64,000 nt of DNA from Acidobacteriota bacterium (GTDB lineage Bacteria; Acidobacteriota; Thermoanaerobaculia; Gp7-AA8): positions 256,001 through 320,000 of the forward strand of contig JAFATB010000023.1 in the NCBI GenBank assembly GCA_019244185.1. The letters run 5' to 3'. Of the stretch, positions 11,683 to 21,395 are shown in pieces (position 1 is the first letter of the stretch; every line of letters starts with the position of its first letter). A program made the position numbers and the translations under genes. A model generated the notes under the pieces. That model was not told the DNA's origin and searched no databases. It saw only the letters and a program-made list of their open reading frames with translations.

Positions 11683-13335
11683 ATGCCCCCGGTCCGCTCG
11701 TTCACCGACCTTCTGCATGCGTTGCAGGCGATCGAACGCTCGTCGGCGGCCGTGCAGGGGCCGCTCATCCTCGACGCCTTCGCGCGGCACACGCGCTTCG
11801 ACGCCGGCGCGCTGTATCTGCGTGAATCGCGCGGCTCGGAGCTGCGTCTCGCCGCGAAGTCGCGCCACTTCGTCGCGCCGGAGATCCTCGACGCGCAGGC
11901 GCGTGCCGAGGAGTTGCTCGAGCCGAGGCCGATGCTGGTGATGCCGCTGCAATCGCAGCGCGAGCCGTTCGGAATCCTCGCCCTCGGCACGCTCGACCAC
12001 GTCGCGCACGACAGCGACGGTGCCAGCGAAGAAGAACTGGCGTTCATCCGCGCGGCGACGGCGTTTCTCTCGACGCTGATCACGAATCAGCGCCTGCTGC
12101 AGGAGACGCGCGAGGGCGACTTTCAGCTCAAGTACCGATTGTGGGAGCTCGAGTCGCTGTATGACATCGGCCTCTCCATCGCCTCGACCCTCAATGTCGA
12201 CGAGCTCGCGGACGAGATCCTCTTCCGCATGATCTCGCTCACGAACGCGCGGCGCGCGGCGCTCTTCCTGCGCGAGCCGGCGGGCGGCTTCACGCTCTAT
12301 CGCTCGTTCGGCGAGGTGCGCGAAGACTTTCTCGAACGCGAGCTGAGCCAACAGCTCATGCGCGAAGGAAAGCCGCTGACGTTCGAAGGCGGCGGCGACT
12401 GCCTCTTCCCCGAATGCGAGACGTTCGTCGCGGTGCCGATCAAAGGCAGCAACGACGCGGTCATCGGCGTCCTCGCCGCGGCCGATCGCGAGACGCGCGA
12501 GGGCGGCATCGGCGCGTTCGAGGACAACGAGCTGCGACTCTTGTCGCTCTTCGCGAACCAGGTCGCCATCGCGCTCGAGAACGCGCGTCTCCACCGCGAG
12601 GCGCTGCTCAAGCAGGCCATGGAACGCGAGCTCGAGCTCGCGGCCACGATCCAGCGCGACATTCTCCCCAAAACGATTCCGACCGTCGAAGGCATTGACA
12701 TCGCCGCGCTCTCGCGTCCCGCGCGCCAGGTCGGCGGCGATTATCACGCGTTCTTCCTGCGCGACGGCGTGCTCACCGCGCTCGTCGCCGACGTCGCGGG
12801 CAAGTCGATGCCGGCGGCGCTGCTTGTGTCCGCGCTGCACGCCGTGCTGCAGCTGCTGTTCGCGGAAGGGCGCGAGCTCGGCGAGATCGCCACGGAGCTC
12901 AATCGCCACATCCACAGCTGGTCGGCCGAGAACAAGTTCGCGACGATGATCATGGTCTCGATCGATCCCGAACACGAGACGCTGCAGTACGTGAACGCGG
13001 GACACAACCCGTGCTATCTCCTGAGCGACGGCCGCATCGATCAGATGAAGTCGCATGGCCTCCCGATCGGCATCCTGCCGCAGACGCGCTACGCGACGCA
13101 GACGCGCCCGTTCCCGGCCGGTTCCGCGGTCGTGCTCTACAGCGACGGCATCACCGAGGCGGAGAACGTGGCGGGCGAAGAATTCGAGAACGAGCGCCTC
13201 GAAGCGCTGCTCCGCGAGCACGCGGACGCGCCGACCGCCGAACTGCGCGACCGCATCGCCGAAGCGGTGGACGGCTTCGTGGGCGAAGCGCCACAGAAAG
13301 ACGACGAGACGCTCGTCGTCGTACGACGCGCGTAA
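11683..13335 (+). CDS. RsbU-like GAF-domain PP2C (SpoIIE) phosphatase
   Basis: VGGDYH, ADVAGK, NAGH, LPIG, YSDGITE, DDET motifs; GAF domains at the N-terminus. Confidence 0.92.
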   Translation: MPPVRSFTDLLHALQAIERSSAAVQGPLILDAFARHTRFDAGALYLRESRGSELRLAAKSRHFVAPEILDAQARAEELLEPRPMLVMPLQSQREPFGILALGTLDHVAHDSDGASEEELAFIRAATAFLSTLITNQRLLQETREGDFQLKYRLWELESLYDIGLSIASTLNVDELADEILFRMISLTNARRAALFLREPAGGFTLYRSFGEVREDFLERELSQQLMREGKPLTFEGGGDCLFPECETFVAVPIKGSNDAVIGVLAAADRETREGGIGAFEDNELRLLSLFANQVAIALENARLHREALLKQAMERELELAATIQRDILPKTIPTVEGIDIAALSRPARQVGGDYHAFFLRDGVLTALVADVAGKSMPAALLVSALHAVLQLLFAEGRELGEIATELNRHIHSWSAENKFATMIMVSIDPEHETLQYVNAGHNPCYLLSDGRIDQMKSHGLPIGILPQTRYATQTRPFPAGSAVVLYSDGITEAENVAGEEFENERLEALLREHADAPTAELRDRIAEAVDGFVGEAPQKDDETLVVVRRA

Positions 13336-13345
13336 ACCGCGCGCG

Positions 13346-14107
13346 CTACTTTTTCGCGAACGCCGCGATCTTCGCCTTCGCCTCGTCCGACGCGAAACAC
13401 TGCAGCTGATGCTCGGCCTCGAGCTCGAGCTGCGCGCGCAAGTCGTTCCGTTCCGACGCCGCGAGCGCGCGCTTGATCCCCTGCACCGCGAGCGGTGAGC
13501 CGCCGGCGATCGCCTGCGCGAGCGCCGCCGTCTCGCGCGCGAGCTCCGCGGCGGGGACGACGCGATCGACCATGCCGATGCGCTCCGCTTCCGCGGCATC
13601 GACCATGCGGCCTGTGGCCATCAGCTCGAGCGCGCGTCCGTTGCCGACGAGCCGCGGCAGGAGCCACGTGCCGCCCCAGTCCGGATGGAGGCCGATGCGC
13701 ACGAACGTCTCGCCCAGCTTCGCGACATCCGAGGCGATGCGGTAGTCGCACGCGAGCGCGAGGTTGCAGCCGGCGCCCGCGGCCACGCCGTTGATCGACG
13801 CGATCACCGGCTTGGCCATCGACGCGAGCTGCAGCACGACGTCGCGTCCGGCGTCGAGCAGCTTGCGGAACGACGCGACGTCATCGCTCTCCTGCAGCTT
13901 CGCCATGTACTCGACGTCGCCGCCGGCGCAGAACGCGCGACCCGCGCCGGTGATCACGACGACGCGCACGCGCTCGTCGCCGTCGCACGCGCGCAACGCG
14001 GCGAGCAGGTCCTCGCGCATCGTGCCGCTGAACGCGTTGAGCTTCTCGGAACGGTCGAGCGTGATCGTCGCGACCGCGCCGTCGATGGCGGTGCTGATGA
14101 AAGTCAT
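13346..14107 (-). CDS. Enoyl-CoA hydratase/isomerase
   Basis: TGAGRAFCAGGD, NGVAAGAG, LACDYR, GLHPDWGG; likely start MTFIST at 14107. Confidence 0.9.
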   Translation of the reverse strand: MTFISTAIDGAVATITLDRSEKLNAFSGTMREDLLAALRACDGDERVRVVVITGAGRAFCAGGDVEYMAKLQESDDVASFRKLLDAGRDVVLQLASMAKPVIASINGVAAGAGCNLALACDYRIASDVAKLGETFVRIGLHPDWGGTWLLPRLVGNGRALELMATGRMVDAAEAERIGMVDRVVPAAELARETAALAQAIAGGSPLAVQGIKRALAASERNDLRAQLELEAEHQLQCFASDEAKAKIAAFAKK

Positions 14108-14135
14108 GGCGGGCGTCAGGATAAACTGCGCGCGC

Positions 14136-15230
14136 ATGAAACGCGCGCTCACATGGGTCAGCTACGCCACGATCCCGCTGGCGCTCTATCTCCAGTTCTT
14201 CGCGACCGAGCGCATCGTCCTGCAGTTCATCTTCTCGTGCCTCGCCGTCATCCCCATTGCGTCGTGGATCGGCCACAGCACCGAGCACCTCGCGTACCGC
14301 ATGGGACCGACGTACGGCGCGCTGTTCAACGCCACCTTCGGCAACTTCGCGGAGATGGTCATCGCCGTCTTCGCCATCCGCGCGGGACTCACCGACGTCG
14401 TGCGCGCGTCGCTGAGCGGCTCGATCGTCGGCAACCTGCTGTTCGTCGCGGGACTGGCGATGCTGATGGGCGGGTGGAAGCGCGAGTCGCAGTCGTTCAA
14501 CGATCTTGCCGCGGAGGCGCAGGGCGGCCAGCTGATTCTCGCCGTCGCGTCGGCGATCATCCCCGCGCTCTTCTTCCGCTCCGCCGTCAGCGCGCGCCAT
14601 CCGGAGCTGATCCACGAAGTCTCGCGCGGCACCGCGGTGATCCTCTTGATCTCGTACGCCGCGGGACTCTGGTTCTCGTTCCGCACGCACCGCCACCGCT
14701 TCGCCGCCGCGAATGCGGAAGACGAGCTTCCCGCCGATACGTGGCCGGTGAAGAAAGCCGCCGGGATCCTCCTCGGCGCGAGCGTCTTGATGGGCATCGT
14801 CGCGGAAGGACTCGTGCACGCCGTCCACGCCGCCGGCCGTGCGTGGGGCATGAACGAAGTCTTCCTCGGCTTCATCGTGCTGGCGATCGTCGGCAACGCG
14901 GCGGAACACTCCACCGCGGTCGTGCTGGCCATGCGCAATCAGATGGACACGGCGCTCAACATCTCGATGCAGTCGAGCGTGCAGATCGCGCTCTTCGTGA
15001 CGCCGGTGCTGGTCTTTCTCTCCGTGCCGCTCGGGCATCCGCTGGATCTGCTGTTCACACCGTTCGAGATCCTCGCGATCACGATCGCCGTCGCCGTCTT
15101 CGCGTATCTCTGCATCGACGGCGAGACGAACTGGTACGAGGGCGTGCAGCTCCTCGCGGTGTACGGGCTCATCGCCGTCGCGCTCTACTTTCTTCCCGCG
15201 ACTCCGCAGCCGGCGCCCGCCGCGCACTGA
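14136..15230 (+). CDS. Calcium/proton exchanger (CAX/ChaA family)
   Basis: NATFGNFAE, GSIVGNLL, GNAAEH, SSVQIAL, GETNWYEG motifs; about 10 TM helices. Confidence 0.92.
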   Translation: MKRALTWVSYATIPLALYLQFFATERIVLQFIFSCLAVIPIASWIGHSTEHLAYRMGPTYGALFNATFGNFAEMVIAVFAIRAGLTDVVRASLSGSIVGNLLFVAGLAMLMGGWKRESQSFNDLAAEAQGGQLILAVASAIIPALFFRSAVSARHPELIHEVSRGTAVILLISYAAGLWFSFRTHRHRFAAANAEDELPADTWPVKKAAGILLGASVLMGIVAEGLVHAVHAAGRAWGMNEVFLGFIVLAIVGNAAEHSTAVVLAMRNQMDTALNISMQSSVQIALFVTPVLVFLSVPLGHPLDLLFTPFEILAITIAVAVFAYLCIDGETNWYEGVQLLAVYGLIAVALYFLPATPQPAPAAH

Positions 15231-15235
15231 CGCTC

Positions 15236-16213
15236 GTGAAGCGCCCGTATTTCTTCGAGCTCTTCACGGTCGCGAACCTCGCGGCGTTCGCGCTCTTCGC
15301 GCACGCGTCGTCGCCGCTCGCGAATCCGCTGCTCAACTGGCTCTCGTTCAGCTTCGGTCTCGCGCTGCACGCGCTCGCGGGCATCGCCGTACGCGCGTCC
15401 ATCGCGAAGCTGCGCGGCGACCGCACGTACGTTGCGATCATCCGCAAGCCGGCATGGCTCCTCGACACGCTGCGCCTCGTCCTCGCCGGCGGCCTCGTCG
15501 TCGTGACGTACGGCTGGATCAAGCTCGTGGTGCCGGTCTATCACCCCACGCGTTTCGACCAGCAGCTCTGGGATCTCGATCAGACGCTCGGCCTCGGCTT
15601 CTCGCCGAACATCCTGCTGCTCGATCTCTTCGGCCGGCCGCTGTTCCTGCACGCGATCGACTGGCTGTACGCGAACGTCTTCTTCGTCAGCTCGATGATC
15701 GCCTTCGCGTACTTTCTGTCGGAGCCGAGCCGCCGCGTGCGCATCGCGTTCGCGAACGGCAACGCCGTCCTGTGGATCGCCGGCGCGTGGCTCTACTTGC
15801 TCGTGCCGTCGGTGGGTCCCGCGTACGGCTTCCCCGATCTCTGGCTCGCGCACGAGGCGGCGCTCCAGCGCACGCAGAACTTTCAGGCGCTGCTGATGCG
15901 CAACTACCAGAACGTGCTGCGCGCGGCGAGCGGGCAGCGGCCGACGGCGCCCGTTCGCATCATCTTCGGGATCGGCGCGTTTCCCTCGCTTCACGTCGCT
16001 TTTCAGACATATGTCTTTTTCTGGATGCGCCGCATCTGGACCTCGGGCGAGGTGCTCTTCGCGCTGTTCGTCGTGACGATCTTCATCGGCTCGATGGTCA
16101 CGGGCTGGCACTACATGATCGACGGCCTCGCCGGCGCCGCGCTCGCGTTCGCCTGCTACGCGTGCGCGTGGCGCGCGGCGCGGCTCTCGCGCTGGCAGCA
16201 GCTGCGGCATTAA
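15236..16213 (+). CDS. PAP2-superfamily membrane phosphotransferase (Aur1/Ipt1-like)
   Basis: P..GP, AFPSLH and GWHY.ID motifs; multiple TM segments; GTG start inferred. Confidence 0.8.
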   Translation: MKRPYFFELFTVANLAAFALFAHASSPLANPLLNWLSFSFGLALHALAGIAVRASIAKLRGDRTYVAIIRKPAWLLDTLRLVLAGGLVVVTYGWIKLVVPVYHPTRFDQQLWDLDQTLGLGFSPNILLLDLFGRPLFLHAIDWLYANVFFVSSMIAFAYFLSEPSRRVRIAFANGNAVLWIAGAWLYLLVPSVGPAYGFPDLWLAHEAALQRTQNFQALLMRNYQNVLRAASGQRPTAPVRIIFGIGAFPSLHVAFQTYVFFWMRRIWTSGEVLFALFVVTIFIGSMVTGWHYMIDGLAGAALAFACYACAWRAARLSRWQQLRH

Positions 16214-16240
16214 GTCCCGTCGCGGACTGTTTTTTCACGT

Positions 16241-17356
16241 ATGTCCGCGATTCCCTCTTCACCGACTCTCGGCGACGTGCTCGCGAAACGCACCGTCGAG
16301 GGCGAGCTGTACGAGAAGCTCGAAAACAAAGCACTGCGCTGCTTCTCGTGCGGCCACCGCTGCAAGATCCTCAACGGCCTCAAAGGCATCTGCAAAGTCC
16401 GCTACAACGAAGACGGCGTGCTGAAAGTGCCGCGCGGCTATGTCGCCGCGCTGCAGGTCGATCCGATCGAAAAGAAGCCGTTCTTCCACGCCTATCCCGG
16501 CGCTCTTGCGCTCTCGTTCGGCATGCTCGGCTGCGACTACCACTGCGGCTATTGTCAGAACTGGGTCACCTCGCAGGCGCTGCGCGATCCGATGGCCGTC
16601 GCGCCGCCGATGGACGTCGAGCCTTCCGTGCTCGTGCAGCTCGCGAAGAAGCACGGCGCGAAAGTGATCACCTCGACCTACAACGAGCCGCTCATCACCT
16701 CCGAATGGGCCGTCGAAGTCTTCAAGGAAGCGAAGCAGGCCGGCCTCGTCTGCTCGTACGTTTCGAACGGCAACGGAACGCCGGAAGTGCTCGACTACAT
16801 CGCGCCGTATCTCACGATGTACAAAGTCGATCTCAAAGGCTTCGAAGACCGTCACTACCGCGACCTCGGCGGCACCTTGCAGCCGGTGCTCGACACGATC
16901 AAAGGTCTCAAGCAGCGCGGCATCTGGGTCGAGATCGTGACGCTCGTCATTCCCGGCTTCAACGACTCCGACGGCGAGCTGACGAAGATCGCCGAGTTCC
17001 TCGCCGGCGTCGACCGCGACATCCCGTGGCACATCACCGCGTACCACGAGGATTACAAGATGAACAATCCGAGCACGACCGCGTCGCATCTGCTGCGCGC
17101 GTACGAGATCGGCAAACGCGCGGGCCTGCGCTTCATCTATCCCGGCAACATCCCCGGCGCGTTCGGCGACAAGGAATCGACGCATTGCCCGTCGTGCAGC
17201 GCGCTCGTCATCGGCCGCACCGGCTTCCGCGTGACGTCGTTCCGCCTCGTCGGCGGCAAGTGCCCCGAATGCGCGACGCCGATTCCCGGCGTCTGGGACG
17301 GAGACGCCGCCGTCGGACGCAGCGGCGTGCCGCGGCCGGTGCGAGTGGCGCGCTAA
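16241..17356 (+). CDS. amrS: AmmeMemoRadiSam system radical SAM enzyme
   Basis: N-terminal C..C...C...G.C.VR, DPIEKKP, CxxxCxxC (CDYHCGYCQN), TYNEP, VDLK. Confidence 0.88.
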   Translation: MSAIPSSPTLGDVLAKRTVEGELYEKLENKALRCFSCGHRCKILNGLKGICKVRYNEDGVLKVPRGYVAALQVDPIEKKPFFHAYPGALALSFGMLGCDYHCGYCQNWVTSQALRDPMAVAPPMDVEPSVLVQLAKKHGAKVITSTYNEPLITSEWAVEVFKEAKQAGLVCSYVSNGNGTPEVLDYIAPYLTMYKVDLKGFEDRHYRDLGGTLQPVLDTIKGLKQRGIWVEIVTLVIPGFNDSDGELTKIAEFLAGVDRDIPWHITAYHEDYKMNNPSTTASHLLRAYEIGKRAGLRFIYPGNIPGAFGDKESTHCPSCSALVIGRTGFRVTSFRLVGGKCPECATPIPGVWDGDAAVGRSGVPRPVRVAR

Positions 17357-17379
17357 AGGTGATAAGGTCCGCCGCCGTC

Positions 17380-17688
17380 GTGGACTCGTTCGTTGACATC
17401 GGCAACATCGCGGAAGTCCCAGTAGGGCGCACGAAAGCGTACGTCGTCGGCGGACGCTCCATCGCGCTCTATCACACCGCGCGCGGCTTCTTCGCCACCG
17501 ACAACACGTGCCCGCATCGCGGCGGTCCGCTCGCGGAAGGCGATTTGATCGGCGACGAGATCACGTGCCCGTGGCATCTGTGGGGCTTCGACGTCGCCAG
17601 CGGCGTGTGCACGGGAAACGCAGAGGTCTCCGTCGCGGCGCATGAAGTTCGCGTCGAAGGGGAACGCATCATGGTGAGGCTGTCGTGA
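17380..17688 (+). CDS. Rieske [2Fe-2S] ferredoxin (NirD-like)
   Basis: CPHRGG and CPWH motifs; start approximate (GTG 17359 or 17380). Confidence 0.85.
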   Translation: MDSFVDIGNIAEVPVGRTKAYVVGGRSIALYHTARGFFATDNTCPHRGGPLAEGDLIGDEITCPWHLWGFDVASGVCTGNAEVSVAAHEVRVEGERIMVRLS

Positions 17689-18320
17689 ATCCGAAACCGT
17701 TGCGCCACGTCGATCTCTACAGCAGCGCGGGCAAGCTCGAGGCGCTCTATCGCGAGCTGCAGGATCCCGCCGGCGTTGCCGTCGTCTGCCATCCGCACCC
17801 CCTCGGCGGCGGCACGCTGCACAACAAAGTCGTCTTCCGCGCCGCACGCGGACTCGAGGCCGCGAACGTGGCCACGCTGCGCTTCAACTTCCGCGGTGTC
17901 GGCGCGAGCGGCGGACGCCACGACGAAGGCGAGGGCGAACAGGAAGACGTCACCGCCGCGATCGAGTGGGTGAAGCGCAAGCATCCGGGCAAGAAGCTCT
18001 TCGTCGGCGGCTTCTCGTTCGGCTCGTGGGTCGCCTCACGCGTCGCGTGCGAGCGCACCGACGTCGACGCGATGTTTCTCATCGGCACGCCGGTCAACAA
18101 GTACGACTTCGGCTATCTGCGGCATTGCGAGCGTCCGATCCTCTTCGTGCACGGCACGCAGGACGAGCACGGCGACGTCGCGAAGCTCGAGAAGCTCATC
18201 CCGCACGTGCGCAACGCCGAGAGCGTGATCATCACCGGCGCCGATCACTTTTTCACCAAGCAGCTGGAAGGTTTGGAAGAGACGATCCGCGCCTGGGCCG
18301 AAGAGATCATCGAGGGTTAA
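17685..18320 (+). CDS. Alpha/beta hydrolase
   Basis: CHPHP..GGT, RFNFRGVG.S, GFSFG nucleophile, GADHFF. Confidence 0.88.
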   Translation: MNPKPLRHVDLYSSAGKLEALYRELQDPAGVAVVCHPHPLGGGTLHNKVVFRAARGLEAANVATLRFNFRGVGASGGRHDEGEGEQEDVTAAIEWVKRKHPGKKLFVGGFSFGSWVASRVACERTDVDAMFLIGTPVNKYDFGYLRHCERPILFVHGTQDEHGDVAKLEKLIPHVRNAESVIITGADHFFTKQLEGLEETIRAWAEEIIEG

Positions 18321-18332
18321 TCGAGGTTCGGC

Positions 18333-18361
18333 TTGCCTCTTATGCTGTTATCCCATAGAAT
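18333..18361 (+). promoter_or_regulatory. Sigma70-type promoter with no downstream ORF
   Basis: TTGCCT-N17-TAGAAT, located between convergent genes. Confidence 0.65.
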
Positions 18362-18367
18362 GCGTCT

Positions 18368-18442
18368 GCAGGTGCCCCGGGGCTAACTCCTCCTTGCGTG
18401 ACCCCCTTCTCCTGTTGGCGCTTCCAACCCGGGGCACCTCCT
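18368..18442 (+). ncRNA. Candidate small RNA (long stem with CU-rich loop region)
   Basis: AGGTGCCCCGGG (18370-18381) pairs with CCCGGGGCACCT (18428-18439) and encloses CTCCTCCTT and CCCCCTTCTCCT; starts ~7 nt after the -10 box. Confidence 0.5.
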
Positions 18443-19192
18443 TCACGCAAGCGCTTCGGCGAGAAAGCGCAGCCCCAGCGTCGTCCGCGTCCCGTGCCAC
18501 GTGAAGAGATGTCCGGGGAACGGACCGATGACGCGCGGACCGCGAATCGCACGCGCATCGTCTCCCGTGAAGAGGTACGGCTCGTCGGGCAGGAACACGA
18601 CGTCCGGCCGCAGCGCGAGCACGTCTTCGAGCGACAGCTGCGGATAGCGCGTGCGATCGCCGAGGATGTTGCGGCCGCCCGCGCGCGTGACGAGCTGTGA
18701 GACGTAGGTATCGCCGCCGCACCACATCCACGGCTGCTTCCAGATCGGCACCGCGAACGTGAACGCGCGTGACGGCAGCGCGCTCTCGGCGTCGCGCAGC
18801 TCGCGTACCAGCGCGTCCGCGCGTTCGCCGCGTCCGTGAATCGCGCCGAGCTGCGCGAGGAGCTCCGCGACGTCGTCGACGCTCTTTGGCTCGCTGACGA
18901 AGACGGGCGCGAACGCCTCGATCGCGTCGCCGTGGCGTTTCAGATTCTCCTCGAGGTTCATGTGCACGAGGTCGGGCGCGAGCGCGCGGATCTCGTCGAC
19001 GCGCGGGTTCTTCGTGCCGCCGACGCGCGGCAGCGCGAGAGCCGGCGGAAAGATGCAGAAGTCGGTGATGGCCACGACGTCGTCGCCCGCGCCGAGGTCG
19101 AAGAGCGTCTCCGTGATGGAAGGAACGAGCGACACCACGCGGCGCGGCGGCGCGTCGAGCGCGAGCGGAACTCCGCGGATGTCGCGAATCAT
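18443..19192 (-). CDS. Helical-backbone metal receptor / BtuF-like binding protein
   Basis: PRRVVSLVPSITE, VGGTKNP, EEN, RYP, LPDEPY.F, W.G.R motifs; no obvious signal peptide. Confidence 0.82.
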   Translation of the reverse strand: MIRDIRGVPLALDAPPRRVVSLVPSITETLFDLGAGDDVVAITDFCIFPPALALPRVGGTKNPRVDEIRALAPDLVHMNLEENLKRHGDAIEAFAPVFVSEPKSVDDVAELLAQLGAIHGRGERADALVRELRDAESALPSRAFTFAVPIWKQPWMWCGGDTYVSQLVTRAGGRNILGDRTRYPQLSLEDVLALRPDVVFLPDEPYLFTGDDARAIRGPRVIGPFPGHLFTWHGTRTTLGLRFLAEALA

Positions 19193-19207
19193 CGCCGCGA
19201 GAGTATC

Positions 19208-20602
19208 GTGCTCTCCTTCGCTTTGGTGACTCGTCTCGTTGCGTCGTTCCATCATCCGCGCGCGTGGCTCGTCGCGCTGATGGCCGCCGTGGCCGCCGCG
19301 CAGCTTTGGCTCGCGCATCACTTCGACGGCTTCCTCACCGGCGACGAAGTGGAAGTGTTGTCGGAGGCGTTCCGCGTCGCGACCGGCGCGCCGTACGGCC
19401 TCTGGAACGTGCGCTCCCGCTTCGTGCCGCAAGTCATCGCCGCGCCGCCGCTCGCGCTCTTCACGCACCTCGGCATTCACGATCCGTCGACGCTGATCTG
19501 GCTCGCGACGCTGCCGTTCGTCGCGGCGTCGGTCGTCACGATTCCGCTGGTGTATGCGCTGGCGAAGCGCTGGTCGGACGACGAGCTCGCCGCGCGCGCC
19601 GCGACGCTCCTGTTCGCGCTGCACTGGATTCCGCTCGGCTTCGGCGGCACGACGTATCCGCGCGTCGTTGCGATGGCGTGTCTCACCGCGGCGGCGTGGC
19701 TCGTCGCGCGGGAGACGAACCTCGCGTGCGTCGCCGCCGGCGCCTTCGCCGGCGTCGCGTTCGCCGACCGCTTCAGCGAGATCGTATTCGTGATTCCGCT
19801 CGCACTCGCCGCGCGGCGCCGCGGCGCGTACATCGTCGCGGGCTTCATCGCGAGCGCATCGCTCACCGTCGGCGCGTACGACTGGCTGACGTGGGGCGCG
19901 CCGTTCGCGAGCCTGCGCAACTTCGCGCGCGTGACGCTCGTGGTGCGCGACTTCTCGTCGCGCGTCAAAGTCCAGTCACCGCTCTGGTATCTCGAGACGC
20001 TGCCGCGCTGGTGCGCGCTGACGCTCGTGCCGTTCTTCTGGCGCGCGCGCCACCGCGACGCGTGGCTGTACGTCGTCATTCCGCTCGTCGTGCTCTCGTG
20101 CATCGCGCACAAGGAGCTGCGCTATCTGCAGTCGCTGATCCCGTTCCTCGCGATCCTCGGCGGACTCGGTTTCGCGTCGCTGCTGCGCACGCGTCCGCGC
20201 GTCGCGGCCGCGTTGCTCGCGCTGTCGCTGACGTGGAATCTCGTCGGCCTGCGTTTCGTCGAGCGCCGCTCGATGGCTGCCGTCGACGCCGCGCGTTTTC
20301 TTGGACGCGAGCCTTCGCTGCACACGCTCGCCATTCCGCAGGTCTGGGCGTTCGGTGACAAGCACTACCTCGGCCACGACCGCCGCGTCTTCGACATCGG
20401 TTCGCCGCCGCACGATCTCGCCGCGGCGCTCGATGCCTCCGATGCCGCCGCGATCTACGGCAGCGATCTGACGCCGGCCGTGCGCGCGGAGCTCGCGCAA
20501 CGCGGCTTCGCGCTGCGCGCCGTGTTCCGCCGCGCGCGTTCGCGCGACGTGGTGGTGTTCGTCAGAAGTCTTTCCGGTACTTCGGATCGAGCGCGTCGAT
20601 GA
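19208..20602 (+). CDS. GT-C fold membrane glycosyltransferase (PIG-B/Alg9-like)
   Basis: GDE motif after the first TM, W..RS, HKELRY motif; many TM helices; start uncertain (GTG 19208 or 19226). Confidence 0.72.
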   Translation: MLSFALVTRLVASFHHPRAWLVALMAAVAAAQLWLAHHFDGFLTGDEVEVLSEAFRVATGAPYGLWNVRSRFVPQVIAAPPLALFTHLGIHDPSTLIWLATLPFVAASVVTIPLVYALAKRWSDDELAARAATLLFALHWIPLGFGGTTYPRVVAMACLTAAAWLVARETNLACVAAGAFAGVAFADRFSEIVFVIPLALAARRRGAYIVAGFIASASLTVGAYDWLTWGAPFASLRNFARVTLVVRDFSSRVKVQSPLWYLETLPRWCALTLVPFFWRARHRDAWLYVVIPLVVLSCIAHKELRYLQSLIPFLAILGGLGFASLLRTRPRVAAALLALSLTWNLVGLRFVERRSMAAVDAARFLGREPSLHTLAIPQVWAFGDKHYLGHDRRVFDIGSPPHDLAAALDASDAAAIYGSDLTPAVRAELAQRGFALRAVFRRARSRDVVVFVRSLSGTSDRARR

Positions 20603-21395
20603 GACCGTCGCCGAGGAAGTTGAGGCCCATCACCGCGAGCATGATCGCCGCGCCGGGGAAGATCGCGAGATGGTTCGCGAGACCGAGGTAGCGGCGGCCC
20701 GCGGTCAGCATCGCGCCCCACGACGGCGTCGGCGGCTGCACGCCGAGTCCGAGGAACGACAGCGAGGCCTCCGAGAGGATCGCGCCCGCGAGCCCGAGCG
20801 TGGCCATGACGATCACCGGATTGACCACGTTCGGCAGCACGTGCCGCACGATGACGCGCGGCGATTTCGCGCCGAGCGCTTTTGCCGCGGTCACGTACTC
20901 CATCTCGCGCACTTTCAGCACCTGGCCGCGCACGAGCCGCGCATATCCGACCCAGCCGATCGTCGCCAGCGCGAGGATGACGTTGTTGAGACTCGGGCCG
21001 AGCACCGCCACGAGCGCGATGGCGAGGAGGATGCCGGGAAACGCGAGCAGGATGTCGCAGATGCGCATGACGATGACGTCGGCGGCGCCGCCGAAGTATC
21101 CCGCGATCGCGCCGAGTGTCACGCCGAGGAGCGACGCGAGGATGACCACGCTGAAGCCGACGCGCAGCGACACGCGCGCGCCCCACACGATGCGCGAGAG
21201 CACGTCGCGCCCGAGATCGTCGAGGCCGAGGAGATGTTCGTGCGACGGCGCTTCCAGCCGCCGCGACGTGTCCTGCACGTCCGGGTCGTACGGCGAGAGC
21301 AGCGGCGCCGCGAGCGCGGCGAGCACCAGCAGCACCGTCAGCACGAGGCCGAACGTGAACGCGAAGTTGCGCAGTAGCCGCTTGAACCGCTTCAT
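20562..21395 (-). CDS. Peptide/nickel ABC transporter permease (DppC/OppC-like)
   Basis: HLLG.DDLGRD, EYVTAAKALGA (EAA loop), EASLSFLGLGVQPP.PSWG. Confidence 0.93.
   Translation of the reverse strand: MKRFKRLLRNFAFTFGLVLTVLLVLAALAAPLLSPYDPDVQDTSRRLEAPSHEHLLGLDDLGRDVLSRIVWGARVSLRVGFSVVILASLLGVTLGAIAGYFGGAADVIVMRICDILLAFPGILLAIALVAVLGPSLNNVILALATIGWVGYARLVRGQVLKVREMEYVTAAKALGAKSPRVIVRHVLPNVVNPVIVMATLGLAGAILSEASLSFLGLGVQPPTPSWGAMLTAGRRYLGLANHLAIFPGAAIMLAVMGLNFLGDGLIDALDPKYRKDF

Noticed and set aside
18368-18442. Hairpin as a tRNA, SRP RNA or cobalamin riboswitch
   Set aside because: No cloverleaf/T-loop or SRP loop; it lies at the 3' end, not the 5' end, of the BtuF-like gene; retained only as an sRNA candidate
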